Assembly: GCA_049975425.1 (NCBI GenBank)
Contig: JBNGDI010000006.1
Coordinates: 47,263 to 111,262, forward strand
Direction of reading: 5' to 3'
Length of the DNA: 64,000 nt
Source: Bacteroidales bacterium
Lineage (GTDB): Bacteria > Bacteroidota > Bacteroidia > Bacteroidales > VadinHA17
Both the position numbers and the translations under genes were made by a program. The notes beneath the pieces were generated by a model. The model had not been told where the DNA came from. It searched no databases and was given only the letters and a program-made list of their open reading frames with translations. This document shows, in pieces, positions 56,320 to 64,000 of the stretch (its first letter is position 1; each line of letters opens with the position of its first letter).

Positions 56320-58395
56320 TCATGATTCATTTGAGAGGCTGCCGTCTCTGATCATCTCATACAGTTTTATCTGGGCGCGGATTTTATTCTCCCCGGGCCG
56401 TCGGACGACATAGGGATTGCTCTGGCTATCGTTAATGATACGGTTCTTCACATTATCACTCCATTGTATATCGATATAATTCCTGATTTGCTGCTGGAGA
56501 AGAGGATCATAAACCGGGGTTGCCACTTCCACCCGGTGATCAAGGTTCCGGGGCATCCAGTCGGCCGAGGAAATATAGAATTTTTCTTTTCCCAGGTTGG
56601 AAAAGATAAAAATTCTGGAATGTTCCAGGAATTTGTCAATGATGGCCCTGGCTTCAATATTTTCACTGATTCCTGGCAGACCCGGTACCAGGCAGCAGAT
56701 CCCCCTGATCAGCAGTTTGATTTTGACCCCGGCCTGGCTGGCTTTGTAAAGTTTTTTAATCATTTCTGCATCAACCAGGTTGTTTATTTTTAAAATAATG
56801 TATGCAGGTTTACCGGCATGTGTGTGCTGTATTTCCTTATCAATCAGGGTAATCAGCCTGCGTCTCATGTTCATGGGGGAGACAAGCAGGTGTTTGTAAG
56901 TATAGGTTTTGAATGTGTTCTCAAAAAAATCAAACACCTTTTTTACTTCCTGGCTGATCCGTAGATCGGAAGTCAGCAGGGTGAGGTCTGAATATACGCC
57001 GGCATTCTGTTCGTGGAAATTGCCCGTGCTAACCAGGGCATAATGTCGTATAGATTTGCCTTCCCTGCGGGATATCTGCAGGATCTTGCTGTGTACCTTC
57101 AGGCCGGGGACCCCGAAAATGACCCTTACTCCGGCTTCTTCCAGTTTTCGGGCCCAGTAGATATTTGATTTTTCATCGAAACGGGCGCGTAGCTCAATAA
57201 TGACCGTCACTTCTTTACCGTTGCGGGCTGCATTGATCAGGGCATTGGTCACTTTCGAAACCCGTGCAACCCGGTATACGCAGATCTTGATGGTTTTTAC
57301 GGCCGGATCCATGGATGCTTCGCGCAACAGATCGATGAAATGGGAAAATTTCTGATAAGGGTAATACAGCAGTATATCCTTTTGCGCCATGACCTCCAGA
57401 ATACTCTGTCCGGGGAAAAGTTCAGGATGGATAAGGGGCGGAGTGGGGCTGTATTCCAGGGCGGTTCTTCCTGTATTGGGGAACTCCATGTAATCCTTGA
57501 AATTATGGTATCTTCCTCCGGGGATCAGGTTGTCTTCTTCATCCAGATCCATTTCACGGATGAGGTAATCCAACAGATTGCGGGGTATGTTTTTGTCATA
57601 GACAAAACGAACCGGCTGCCCTTTCTTTCTGTCGGACACGCTGGAAGAGATCAGTTCCAGGAAACTTTTGGATATGTCGTTGTCAATGTCCAGCTCGGCA
57701 TCCCTGGTTAGTTTGATGGTGTATGCTTCAAAGTGATCGAAATTGAAGATGGAAAAGATTCTCGGGAGTCCTGTCCGGATCACATCATCCAGGATCATGA
57801 TGAATTTTCTGTTCTTTTCGGGGGGTAGCACCAGGAACCGGGATGCCATGTCAGTGGGCAATTCAATCAGTGCATACTCTGTTTGCGCGGCGTGTTTTTT
57901 TTGCCTTTTCAGGATAACCACCAGGTATATGGATTTGTCGGTCAGGGGAGGAAATTCCTGAACGTTCCGAAGCATGATGGGTGAGATATTGGGAAGAATG
58001 ACAGATTCAAAGTATTCCTCCACAAAGTTCCTATGCTTATCTGACAACTGGGTTTCATTGATCAGGAAGATGTTTTCCTTTTCAAGCTGCCCGACAATTT
58101 CAAGATAGGTTTTGTCAAACACTTTTTGCAGCCCGATCACCGTTTGCTGGATCCTGTTCATCAGATTGCGGGGTTTTTCACCGATGATCCTCCTGGCTTC
58201 CTTTTCATGTCCTATCATGCGTTTCACCGAAGCCACCCTTACCTTAAAAAATTCATCCATATTGTTTGAAAAGATCCCAAGGAACCTGAGCCGTTCAATA
58301 AGGGGCACGCCGGGGTCGGCAGCCTCCTGCAGGACCCGGTGGTTGAAGGCCAGCCAGCTCAGTTCGCGGTTAATGATCTTTTTGGTTTTGCTCAT
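56320..58395 (-). CDS. ppk1: polyphosphate kinase 1
   Basis: 691 aa. N-terminus INRELSWLAFNHRVLQEA, autophosphorylation region, and two PLD-like HxK modules (VHSKILQI; DWMPRNLDHRVE). Confidence 0.95.
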   Translation of the reverse strand: MSKTKKIINRELSWLAFNHRVLQEAADPGVPLIERLRFLGIFSNNMDEFFKVRVASVKRMIGHEKEARRIIGEKPRNLMNRIQQTVIGLQKVFDKTYLEIVGQLEKENIFLINETQLSDKHRNFVEEYFESVILPNISPIMLRNVQEFPPLTDKSIYLVVILKRQKKHAAQTEYALIELPTDMASRFLVLPPEKNRKFIMILDDVIRTGLPRIFSIFNFDHFEAYTIKLTRDAELDIDNDISKSFLELISSSVSDRKKGQPVRFVYDKNIPRNLLDYLIREMDLDEEDNLIPGGRYHNFKDYMEFPNTGRTALEYSPTPPLIHPELFPGQSILEVMAQKDILLYYPYQKFSHFIDLLREASMDPAVKTIKICVYRVARVSKVTNALINAARNGKEVTVIIELRARFDEKSNIYWARKLEEAGVRVIFGVPGLKVHSKILQISRREGKSIRHYALVSTGNFHEQNAGVYSDLTLLTSDLRISQEVKKVFDFFENTFKTYTYKHLLVSPMNMRRRLITLIDKEIQHTHAGKPAYIILKINNLVDAEMIKKLYKASQAGVKIKLLIRGICCLVPGLPGISENIEARAIIDKFLEHSRIFIFSNLGKEKFYISSADWMPRNLDHRVEVATPVYDPLLQQQIRNYIDIQWSDNVKNRIINDSQSNPYVVRRPGENKIRAQIKLYEMIRDGSLSNES

Positions 58396-58541
58396 GAATC
58401 GATTGCGGATAAAGGGATGAGGGGCCCCGGTCCGGTTGCTCAGTCAAATGTAGTGAATTTTATGTTCACCTGAAGGATGAGCTGTGAGGTTTTCCCTTTC
58501 GGAGGACCGGCTTCCAGGTTGGGCTAATGGTATAAGGAGTA

Positions 58542-59039
58542 TTACACCCTGTGTTTTTTGGGGTAATCAAAGGCGTCAGCCACCAGTGAACCCTGGCTTA
58601 CTTCTTTCCATGAGGTGGCCTGAAAATCGAGGACAACAAGGCCCGATGTGGGAACATTTTCCACGGGTTCGGGAATAAAATGATTGGCCAGGTCGGTGAA
58701 AGCGGGATTATGCCCCACAATCATGACCGAATGAACTTCTTCCGGGAGCGATTCAACCATCTGCAGCAGATTGTGTGCAGAAGCACGGTATATGCTCCCA
58801 TTCAGCCTCAGGAACGACAGGTCAAATTCCAGTTCCCTGGCGTAGATCAGGGCGGTGTGAATGGCTCTGATAGCCGGACTGGAAAGGATCAGATCGGGGA
58901 TGACATTTGTTTTTTTCATGCGTTTGCCCATGATACAGGCATCGGAAATTCCCCGATCCTTCAGTGGTCTGTCTAAATCATCCCTTTCGGGGAAAGACCA
59001 GTCAGATTTGGCATGACGGGCAATGATCAGTCGTTTCAT
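58542..59039 (-). CDS. histidine phosphatase family protein (SixA-like)
   Basis: LIIARHAKS (RHG-type motif) and VGHNP. The 165 aa size is typical of SixA-type phosphatases. Confidence 0.75.
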   Translation of the reverse strand: MKRLIIARHAKSDWSFPERDDLDRPLKDRGISDACIMGKRMKKTNVIPDLILSSPAIRAIHTALIYARELEFDLSFLRLNGSIYRASAHNLLQMVESLPEEVHSVMIVGHNPAFTDLANHFIPEPVENVPTSGLVVLDFQATSWKEVSQGSLVADAFDYPKKHRV

Positions 59040-59055
59040 GATAACCGTTTTGGTG

Positions 59056-60393
59056 TTACAACAATTTGCTGGCCAATTCCGCCAGGTAGCTACGTTCTCC
59101 CTTTACCAGATTCACATGTGCAAAAATGGATTGCCCCCGCATTTTGTCAGAAAGATAGGTCAGGCCGTTTGACTGACTGTCAAGGTACGGGGAGTCAATC
59201 TGTTCAATATCCCCGGTAAACACCATCTTGGTACCTTCGCCGGCCCGGGTGATAATGGTCTTGACTTCATGGGGTGTGAGATTCTGGGCTTCATCAACAA
59301 TGAAGAAAATGTTGGAAAGGCTGCGCCCGCGAATGTATGCCAGCGGCGTGATCACCAGCTTTTCCTCCTTCAGCATTTCTTCAATTTTCTGGTATTCCTT
59401 GCTTTGCTGGTTGAATTTGTGTTTGATAACCGACAGGTTGTCGAACAGGGGCTGCATGTAGGGTTCGATCTTTTCGTTCACATCACCCGGGAGATAACCC
59501 AGGTCACGGTTGGCCAGGGGAACGATGGGTCTTGCCAGAAAAATCTGTTTGAAGCTTCTCCTCTGGTGCAGGGCGGCGGCCAGAGCCAGAAGGGTTTTGC
59601 CCGTTCCTGCTTTTCCTGTAAGACTCACCAGCTGGATGTCATCGCGGGTCAGCGCGTCGATGGAAAAGGTTTGTTCTGCATTCCTTGGCTCAATACCGTA
59701 AGCGGGTTGTTTTTCCACCCGGTTGATCATTTTTGTTGCCGGATCGTAATGTCCCAGGGCGGAGGATTTGGCGCTCTTCAGAATGAAATACTGGTGCGCG
59801 AAAGGTTCCGCCTCTATGGGAAAGGAATTGAAAGGCATTCCGTCAGGAGAATGATACAGGCTGGATATCAATTCATTGTCAAGGTTTTCCAGTGTCATGA
59901 TATCCCGGTACAGGTCGTCGATATTGACAACCTTGTCGGTTTCATAATCTTCTGCCCTGATGCCCAGCGATTTGGCCTTCATGCGCAGGTTGATGTCCTT
60001 CGTGATCAGGCTGACCTGTTTGCCTGGATTTTTCTGCTTTACATGATCGGCAATTGCCAGGATCCGGTGGTCGGGAGTTTTTTCGGGGAACGATTCGCTG
60101 ACCAGGTCAGAAAAGGGCTTTCCGGTTTCGATGAACAGCTTGCCCAGATCTTTCCCCAGTTCAATGCCTTCACTGAACAGTTTGTCACCGGCCAGTTTAT
60201 CCAGTTCGCGGGTAAATTCCCGGGCATGGAAATTGATAATATCGTTTCCTTTCTTGAACCGGTCAAGTTCCTCGAGCACGACGATGGGGATTACAATGTC
60301 GTTATCCTGAAAGTTGTAGATGCACTGGTAATCGTGCAGCAAAACGTTGGTATCCAGCACGAAGATCTTACTCTTTTTTTGCTTCCTGACCAT
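59056..60393 (-). CDS. PhoH-family ATPase with N-terminal PIN domain (YlaK-like)
   Basis: PIN-like FVLDTNVLLHD...ITKDINLRMKA. Walker A GKAGTGKT, Walker B FFIVDEAQN, and GDIEQID. Confidence 0.88.
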   Translation of the reverse strand: MVRKQKKSKIFVLDTNVLLHDYQCIYNFQDNDIVIPIVVLEELDRFKKGNDIINFHAREFTRELDKLAGDKLFSEGIELGKDLGKLFIETGKPFSDLVSESFPEKTPDHRILAIADHVKQKNPGKQVSLITKDINLRMKAKSLGIRAEDYETDKVVNIDDLYRDIMTLENLDNELISSLYHSPDGMPFNSFPIEAEPFAHQYFILKSAKSSALGHYDPATKMINRVEKQPAYGIEPRNAEQTFSIDALTRDDIQLVSLTGKAGTGKTLLALAAALHQRRSFKQIFLARPIVPLANRDLGYLPGDVNEKIEPYMQPLFDNLSVIKHKFNQQSKEYQKIEEMLKEEKLVITPLAYIRGRSLSNIFFIVDEAQNLTPHEVKTIITRAGEGTKMVFTGDIEQIDSPYLDSQSNGLTYLSDKMRGQSIFAHVNLVKGERSYLAELASKLL

Positions 60394-60471
60394 AAATTTT
60401 GTATTTAATAATTGACTAAAGTAGTAAAAATTTTATCTTCGGCTCATGGAAACAGGAAATCATGATCTTAA

Positions 60472-60993
60472 ATGCAGAAAATGATGGATGTGCTGGAAGC
60501 TATTTATACCCGGCGAAGCATCAGGAAATTCAAGAACAGGAAGATCGGACAGGAAACCATCCGGGAAATTCTGAAAGCCGCTATGTATGCTCCATCGGCA
60601 AGGGATTGCCGGCCGTGGCATTTCGTTGTGGTGGATGACCGTTCGGTGCTGAATGCATTCATGAAAGTACACCCTTATTCTTCCATGCTGAAAGAGGCAA
60701 GTCACGGGATTTTGGTGTGTGGCGACCTGAAGCTGCAGAACGGGCCCGGATACTGGGTGGTGGATTGCGGAGCCGCTACGCAGAATATGCTGCTTGCTGC
60801 ACACGGGATGGGACTGGGGGCTGTATGGCTGGGTATTCATCCCCGGCAGGAAAGACAGCAGGCCGTGCATAATCTGTTCAGGCTGTCCGACCATGTGCAG
60901 CCATTCTGCATGGTGGCGCTGGGCTATCCTGATGAGAAAAAGGAAATGCCTGACCGGTTCATGCCCGAACGGATTCACTATAATTCCTGGTAA
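60472..60993 (+). CDS. nitroreductase family protein
   Basis: RRSIRKF and AAMYAPSARDCRPWHF. The size and layout fit the NADH oxidase/flavin reductase fold. Confidence 0.8.
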   Translation: MQKMMDVLEAIYTRRSIRKFKNRKIGQETIREILKAAMYAPSARDCRPWHFVVVDDRSVLNAFMKVHPYSSMLKEASHGILVCGDLKLQNGPGYWVVDCGAATQNMLLAAHGMGLGAVWLGIHPRQERQQAVHNLFRLSDHVQPFCMVALGYPDEKKEMPDRFMPERIHYNSW

Positions 60994-62328
60994 TTGGAAA
61001 CACAGGATGATTACGGGAAAATCCTGGAGTACCTGTATTCCAGGCTGCCCATGTATCAGCGTATTGGGGGGGCAGCCTACAAAGCCGACCTGAAGACAAC
61101 CCTTGCACTGGACCGGGTAACAGGTCACCCGCATACTGCGTTCCGGTCAGTTCACATTGCCGGGACCAACGGAAAGGGATCGGTATCGCACATGCTGGCT
61201 TCGGTGCTCCAGGAATGCGGCCTGAAGACAGGTCTGTACACTTCTCCCCACCTGAAGGATTTCCGCGAACGGATCCGGGTAAACGGGGCACCCATTTCCC
61301 GCAGTGATGTCATCGGTTTTGTCAATCGTTACAGGGACCTTTTCGAAAAACTGCAACCTTCGTTTTTTGAAATGACCGTGGCTCTGGCTTTCTGGTATTT
61401 CAAAAAATGCGGGGTGGAGATAGCGGTGGTGGAGACTGGTATGGGAGGAAGGCTTGATTCGACCAATATCATTGAACCTCTTTGCTCGGTCATTACCAAT
61501 ATCGGCATGGACCATACCCGGTTTCTGGGCGATACTCCTGAGAAAATTGCTACAGAAAAAGCAGGTGTCATTAAAAAGGGGACTCCTGTAGTGATAGGGG
61601 AATACCACGAAGATACAGCCCGGATTTTTGAACGCGTTGCGTCAGTAAAGCAGTCTCCGCTGCATTTCGCCGACAGTTATTACGAGCCGGAGGGAATATC
61701 CGGCATGGAAGGATCTTCCAGGGTGTTTTCTTTCAGGAAGAAACCGGCTGCCCAGACCATACGGGTGAAATGCGGACTGACAGCCACCTACCAGGCAAAG
61801 AACCTGATCACCGTGCTGAAAACCCTGGATGTGCTGCAGGAGAAAGGGATACCCCTCAGGCAGGGGGCTATTCTGAAAGGCCTGCGTAATGTGGTGGAAA
61901 ATACGGGGATTAGGGGCCGATGGCAGGTGGTGGGAAGGCGGCCGTTGATGGTAGCCGATATGGCTCATAATGAGGAAGGGATCAGGGAGGTGATCGGTCA
62001 GTTGAGCAACTATGCTTATCACCGCTTACATGTGGTGCTGGGAATGGTCCAGGATAAAGATCACGAAAAAATACTGGGGCTGCTGCCCGGGCAGGCGACC
62101 TATTATTTTACACAGGCTTCTGTTCCCAGATCGTTGGATGCAGGAGATCTGGCAGTTGTGGCAGGGAAAAAGGGGCTGGAAGGAAAGGTTTACCGCCGGG
62201 TTGCGGGAGCCATGGATGCGGCCCTGAGTGCTGCTTCGGAGAATGACATGGTTTTGGTTACCGGCAGCACTTTTGTTGTGGCCGATTTGTTGGAGTGGAT
62301 GGAAGGCAACATGTTTTCCATTCATTAA
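60994..62328 (+). CDS. folC: bifunctional folylpolyglutamate synthase / dihydrofolate synthase
   Basis: P-loop IAGTNGKGS, plus YTSPHL, ETGMGGRLDSTN, NIGMDH and DMAHNEEG. Confidence 0.9.
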   Translation: METQDDYGKILEYLYSRLPMYQRIGGAAYKADLKTTLALDRVTGHPHTAFRSVHIAGTNGKGSVSHMLASVLQECGLKTGLYTSPHLKDFRERIRVNGAPISRSDVIGFVNRYRDLFEKLQPSFFEMTVALAFWYFKKCGVEIAVVETGMGGRLDSTNIIEPLCSVITNIGMDHTRFLGDTPEKIATEKAGVIKKGTPVVIGEYHEDTARIFERVASVKQSPLHFADSYYEPEGISGMEGSSRVFSFRKKPAAQTIRVKCGLTATYQAKNLITVLKTLDVLQEKGIPLRQGAILKGLRNVVENTGIRGRWQVVGRRPLMVADMAHNEEGIREVIGQLSNYAYHRLHVVLGMVQDKDHEKILGLLPGQATYYFTQASVPRSLDAGDLAVVAGKKGLEGKVYRRVAGAMDAALSAASENDMVLVTGSTFVVADLLEWMEGNMFSIH

Positions 62329-62398
62329 CCTGTAAAAAAGATAAAAAAACAGGTATTTCATTTAGGGATGGGATGATGAATGTCGGAAGAACTGAAAT

Positions 62399-62650
62399 TT
62401 GCACTTCGTGACCCGGATTGAAAAACTGCTGATCGATTTTGGAAATATAACCTGGGGAACACCCCTCCTGGTTCTTTTGCTCGGCGGAGGGGTGTTTTTT
62501 CTTGTCTGCTCCAGGTTGATTCCTTTTTGCTTTTCCTTACAATGGGACAAAATGTTTCGGGTTTATTTTCGGAGCCAGGTACCAGAATTTTCACACCTTT
62601 GCCTATACCTGTACCCTGATTATTCATCAAGGACTTCTTTGCCGGTATGA
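62399..62650 (+). pseudogene. truncated remnant of an alanine/glycine:cation symporter (AGCS family) N-terminus
   Basis: IEKLLIDFGNITWGTPLLVLLLGGGVFFLVCSRLIPF matches the conserved AGCS N-terminal pattern (..F.N...WG.P.L.LLLG.G..F....R.....F). EFSHLCLYL is reminiscent of the S/PFQALCTAL block. There is no ATG start (TTG/GTG only), the ORF stops after 83 codons against about 450 or more expected, and it runs into the tRNA promoter. Confidence 0.4.
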
Positions 62651-62668
62651 CAAAAAAGCAGGGATGAT

Positions 62669-62699
62669 TTTGCAATATCGGGATTGTCGTTTATATTTG
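62669..62699 (+). promoter_or_regulatory. candidate Bacteroidetes-type promoter for tRNA-Val
   Basis: TTTG (62669-62672), a 19-nt spacer, then TATATTTG (62692-62699). The -7 element ends 12 nt before the mature tRNA 5-prime end. Confidence 0.55.
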
Positions 62700-62711
62700 C
62701 AGTCCTTTTCA

Positions 62712-62786
62712 GGGAGCTTAGCTCAGTTGGTTCAGAGCACCTGCCTTACAAGCAGGGGGTCACTGGTTCGAATCCAGTAGCTCCCA
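62712..62786 (+). tRNA. tRNA-Val (anticodon UAC)
   Basis: Cloverleaf read by eye. Acceptor stem GGGAGCT/AGCTCCC, D-arm GCTC-AGTTGGTTC-AGAGC, anticodon stem CCTGC/GCAGG with loop CTTACAA (anticodon TAC), T-arm CTGGTTCGAATCCAG, discriminator A. CCA is encoded at 62787-62789. Confidence 0.9.
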
Positions 62787-62792
62787 CCACGC

Positions 62793-62822
62793 AAAAAGCC
62801 CGGCCGAAGGCCGGGTTTTTTT
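62793..62822 (+). terminator. rho-independent terminator of tRNA-Val
   Basis: AAAAAG-CCCGGCC-GAA-GGCCGGG-TTTTTTT: a 7-bp GC stem followed by seven T. Confidence 0.8.
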
Positions 62823-62835
62823 ATTCACTGCAGTC

Positions 62836-62923
62836 TGCGCAAGCTTGCTTGCGTGCAGCTGCGGTGAATAAAAAAAATGCCAGCGGCATTGCCGCTGCTT
62901 TTTGCGTGGTGAAGGGGCCGTTA
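62836..62923. repeat. 88-bp hairpin-rich direct repeat, copy 1
   Basis: TGCGCAAGCTTGCTTGCGTGCAGCTGCGGTGAATAAAAAAAATGCCAGCGGCATTGCCGCTGCTTTTTGCGTGGTGAAGGGGCCGTTA. It contains a terminator-like stem CAGCGGC-ATT-GCCGCTG flanked by an A-run and a T-run. Confidence 0.9.
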
Positions 62924-62964
62924 TAATGGATCAGCCGCCTGTGGCGGCTAATCCGTTAGCTGGA

Positions 62965-63051
62965 TGCGCAAGCTTGCTTGCGTGCAGCTGCGGTGAATAA
63001 AAAAATGCCAGCGGCATTGCCGCTGCTTTTTGCGTGGTGAAGGGGCCGTTA
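62965..63051. repeat. 88-bp hairpin-rich direct repeat, copy 2 (87 bp)
   Basis: Identical to copy 1 except for one fewer A in the A-run. A 41-bp spacer separates the copies, and the spacer is itself an imperfect 16-bp hairpin. Confidence 0.9.
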
Positions 63052-63055
63052 AATA

Positions 63056-63091
63056 CTGACAGGTTCCGGATTAAATTCCGGAGCCTGTCAG
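63056..63091 (-). terminator. putative terminator hairpin downstream of the glycoside hydrolase gene
   Basis: CTGACAGGTTCCGG-attaaatt-CCGGAGCCTGTCAG: a 14-bp stem with one mismatch, 22 nt after the stop. It is followed on the minus strand by TATTTAA, so the T-tract is weak. Confidence 0.45.
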
Positions 63092-63113
63092 ATCAGGGTA
63101 TGAAAAAGATATG

Positions 63114-64000
63114 TTAAGGCACATTTATTGCCACCCTGATCTGTGTAAATGAATGGGGTGGGAAGGTGTAGTTGAACGTATCCCCTCTGGTCCTGAAGGT
63201 GGACGTTACGGGGAGGTACCGGTCCTTTTCATCATAGCTGTAACGTGTGGTAACATCCTTGCTGTTGATCTCGCTGACCGTGGCATTCCCTTTGAAATTT
63301 CCCGTATCACTGATGATCTGTGTAGTGATGGATTCTTCCATGTGGCGGTTGATCACGTTGATAAACAGTGTATTTTCATTTTCATCGTATGATGAGGAAA
63401 CATCCAGATAGGGGATGTCTTTGTATTCTTCCCCGTCGAATGTTTCACAATCGAGGTATACGTCCAGCGATTTGCCATGACAGTTGGTCGAGAAGAGTTG
63501 ATACATATAAAAGAAAGGGGTTTTATAGCTCTGTCCTTCCCGGTTATGGGCCAGCATGCCGGTAAACATGGTGTAATTGCTTCTTTTTACTGCATCGGCA
63601 TGGCGAAGAAAGAGATTGAGGTGCAGGGCTGATGCCAGGGTTCCCAGGTGGGTGCCGCCGCCCCGGGGTGACCATTCGGTAAAAGCGATGTAGAAAGGTT
63701 TTTCACGCACATGGTTTTTCTCTTTGGCTATCTGAATCTGGTTTTTCGTGGTGGTAATGTAATCATCGAAATGCTCGGCCCAGTCGCCCAGAAAAACTTC
63801 CGGGCCTTCATTGAAACCTCCCCAGTACCGGTGAATGGCTATATATTCCACATTTGGTTCATCTACCATCTCATCCAGCACGTGCCAGTTCCATGTTTCC
63901 CATTCTCCGGGCACGCCGTTGTGAACCACCCAGGATGATCCCATGGCGATAAAGACAGGCTGGGTACACGCTCTGCATCCCCGGTTGACATATAGCATGA
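63114..64000 (-). CDS. glycoside hydrolase, GH51 alpha-L-arabinofuranosidase-like (C-terminal part; the gene continues past the window end)
   Basis: IAFTEWSP (candidate nucleophile Glu context), LNLFLRHADAVKRSNY (resembling the GH51 F.RHAD.VK block), TPFFYMYQLFS and a C-terminal beta-sandwich ending in HSFTQIRV. The frame is open to the window edge. Confidence 0.5.
   Translation of the reverse strand, partial: MLYVNRGCRACTQPVFIAMGSSWVVHNGVPGEWETWNWHVLDEMVDEPNVEYIAIHRYWGGFNEGPEVFLGDWAEHFDDYITTTKNQIQIAKEKNHVREKPFYIAFTEWSPRGGGTHLGTLASALHLNLFLRHADAVKRSNYTMFTGMLAHNREGQSYKTPFFYMYQLFSTNCHGKSLDVYLDCETFDGEEYKDIPYLDVSSSYDENENTLFINVINRHMEESITTQIISDTGNFKGNATVSEINSKDVTTRYSYDEKDRYLPVTSTFRTRGDTFNYTFPPHSFTQIRVAINVP

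Noticed and set aside
59269-60408. 379-aa plus-strand ORF
   Set aside because: Antisense to the PhoH/PIN gene, which has clear Walker A/B motifs. Shadow ORF.
60460-61134. 224-aa minus-strand ORF
   Set aside because: Antisense to the nitroreductase gene and the start of folC. His/Pro/Cys-rich with no family resemblance.
62684-62926. 80-aa plus-strand ORF
   Set aside because: It runs straight through the tRNA-Val gene and its terminator. It is an artefact of ORF calling.

Overview
This window looks like a chromosomal segment of a Bacteroidota genome. Support: the type IX secretion and gliding genes porU, porV, a porP/sprF-family gene and gldJ, plus TTTG / TAnnTTTG promoter motifs. I count about 56 protein-coding genes and one tRNA-Val(UAC). 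I see no rRNA, CRISPR array, transposase, integrase or obvious defence island. Most of the window is densely packed housekeeping: gmhB, holA, recR, alaS, murF, folC, ispF, ppk1, hutU, a 2-oxoacid dehydrogenase E2 and acyl-CoA ligases. The most unusual content is a 10.5 kb same-strand array of five paralogous envelope proteins (4123-14580). All five share a signal peptide, a TPR block, a TolB-like PD40 beta-propeller and a CRD-like scaffold. They end in different anchoring modules: SPOR, none, OmpA_C, OmpA_C, or a helical-repeat module with a C-terminal TM anchor. The OmpA_C members have the domain order described for the T9SS component PorE, and taken together the array recombines Tol-Pal-type modules. 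Secondary points of interest are listed here. (1) A fused polyprenol-kinase-like/DUF92 membrane protein. (2) A tightly packed operon of an IMPase-family gene, two LpxL/PatA-like acyltransferases, a GT2 and a thioesterase. (3) A LemA-TPM-TPM operon with an extra divergent LemA-like gene and an extreme AT-rich tract. (4) A tRNA-Val locus flanked upstream by a truncated alanine:cation symporter remnant and downstream by a duplicated 88-bp hairpin-rich element. All calls come from reading the translated ORFs and the DNA by eye. No database search was run, so family assignments rest on recognised motifs.
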